Shown here: positions 63,835 to 64,000 of the stretch, in pieces
Layout of the letters: each line of letters opens with the position of its first letter
How positions within the stretch are numbered: position 1 is the first letter of the stretch
Sequence record: JN673056
Source: Escherichia phage PhaxI
Strand: one strand, 5' to 3'
DNA length: 64,000 nt
Position numbers and translations under genes: made by a program
The notes under the pieces: generated by a model
What the model was told of the DNA's origin: nothing
What the model saw: the letters and a program-made list of their open reading frames with translations, nothing else
Database searches by the model: none

Positions 63835-64000
63835 GATGGCGTTCCTTATGTGTTTGTCGACTTGCAGCTCGCTGGAGCCTCCTGACAGGGTTAAAAGATA
63901 AAGGGCACGTGATATTTAGTGCCCTTCACCTTATTCGTAGATCAGATGGTATGATTCCTCGATGCATTCCAACCAACCGTAGACAAATTCCATAGGATCA

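Noticed and set aside
1-64000. Homing endonucleases, group I introns, transposases or integrases
   Set aside because: No GIY-YIG, HNH, LAGLIDADG, DDE or tyrosine recombinase signatures were recognised, and nrdA, nrdB and the hydroxymethylase gene are uninterrupted

Overview
This 64 kb window reads as the left end of a divergent T4-like (Straboviridae-related) myovirus genome. All calls are from reading the sequence and ORF track by eye; no database search was run, so product names rest on remembered motifs and family knowledge. Hand-placed promoter, terminator and adjusted start coordinates may be off by 1-2 nt. Layout: (1) 1-19.6 kb, plus strand, early region: rIIA, rIIB, many small ORFs separated by UUCG/GAAA-tetraloop terminators, topoisomerase II (gp39 fused with gp60, then gp52), dCMP deaminase, and several accessory genes. 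(2) 19.8-25.4 kb: morphogenesis block (gp4/gp2-like, gp48/54-like, gp53, hub-like protein, tape-measure-like protein). (3) 25.4-45.7 kb, mostly minus strand: replication, recombination and nucleotide metabolism (gp59-like, ligase, gp41, UvsX, gp56-like NTPase, dNMP kinase, hydroxymethylase-like enzyme, P-loop kinase, gp32). (4) 45.7-49.1 kb: late genes (gp5 with CHAP domain, gp25-like). (5) 49.1-64 kb, minus strand: NrdA/NrdB/glutaredoxin, PhoH, endolysin, primase, candidate capsid-packaged proteins, secreted SLT-like protein. Gene order is rearranged relative to T4. Most interesting candidates: a TARG1-like macrodomain plus a NADAR-like protein (possible reversal of DNA ADP-ribosylation), a hydroxymethylase/kinase DNA-modification cluster, a QueC-like PP-loop enzyme, a 23-bp tandem duplication of the tape-measure start codon, a 0.5 kb non-coding region upstream of gp5, and a reiterated terminator/promoter/RBS module.
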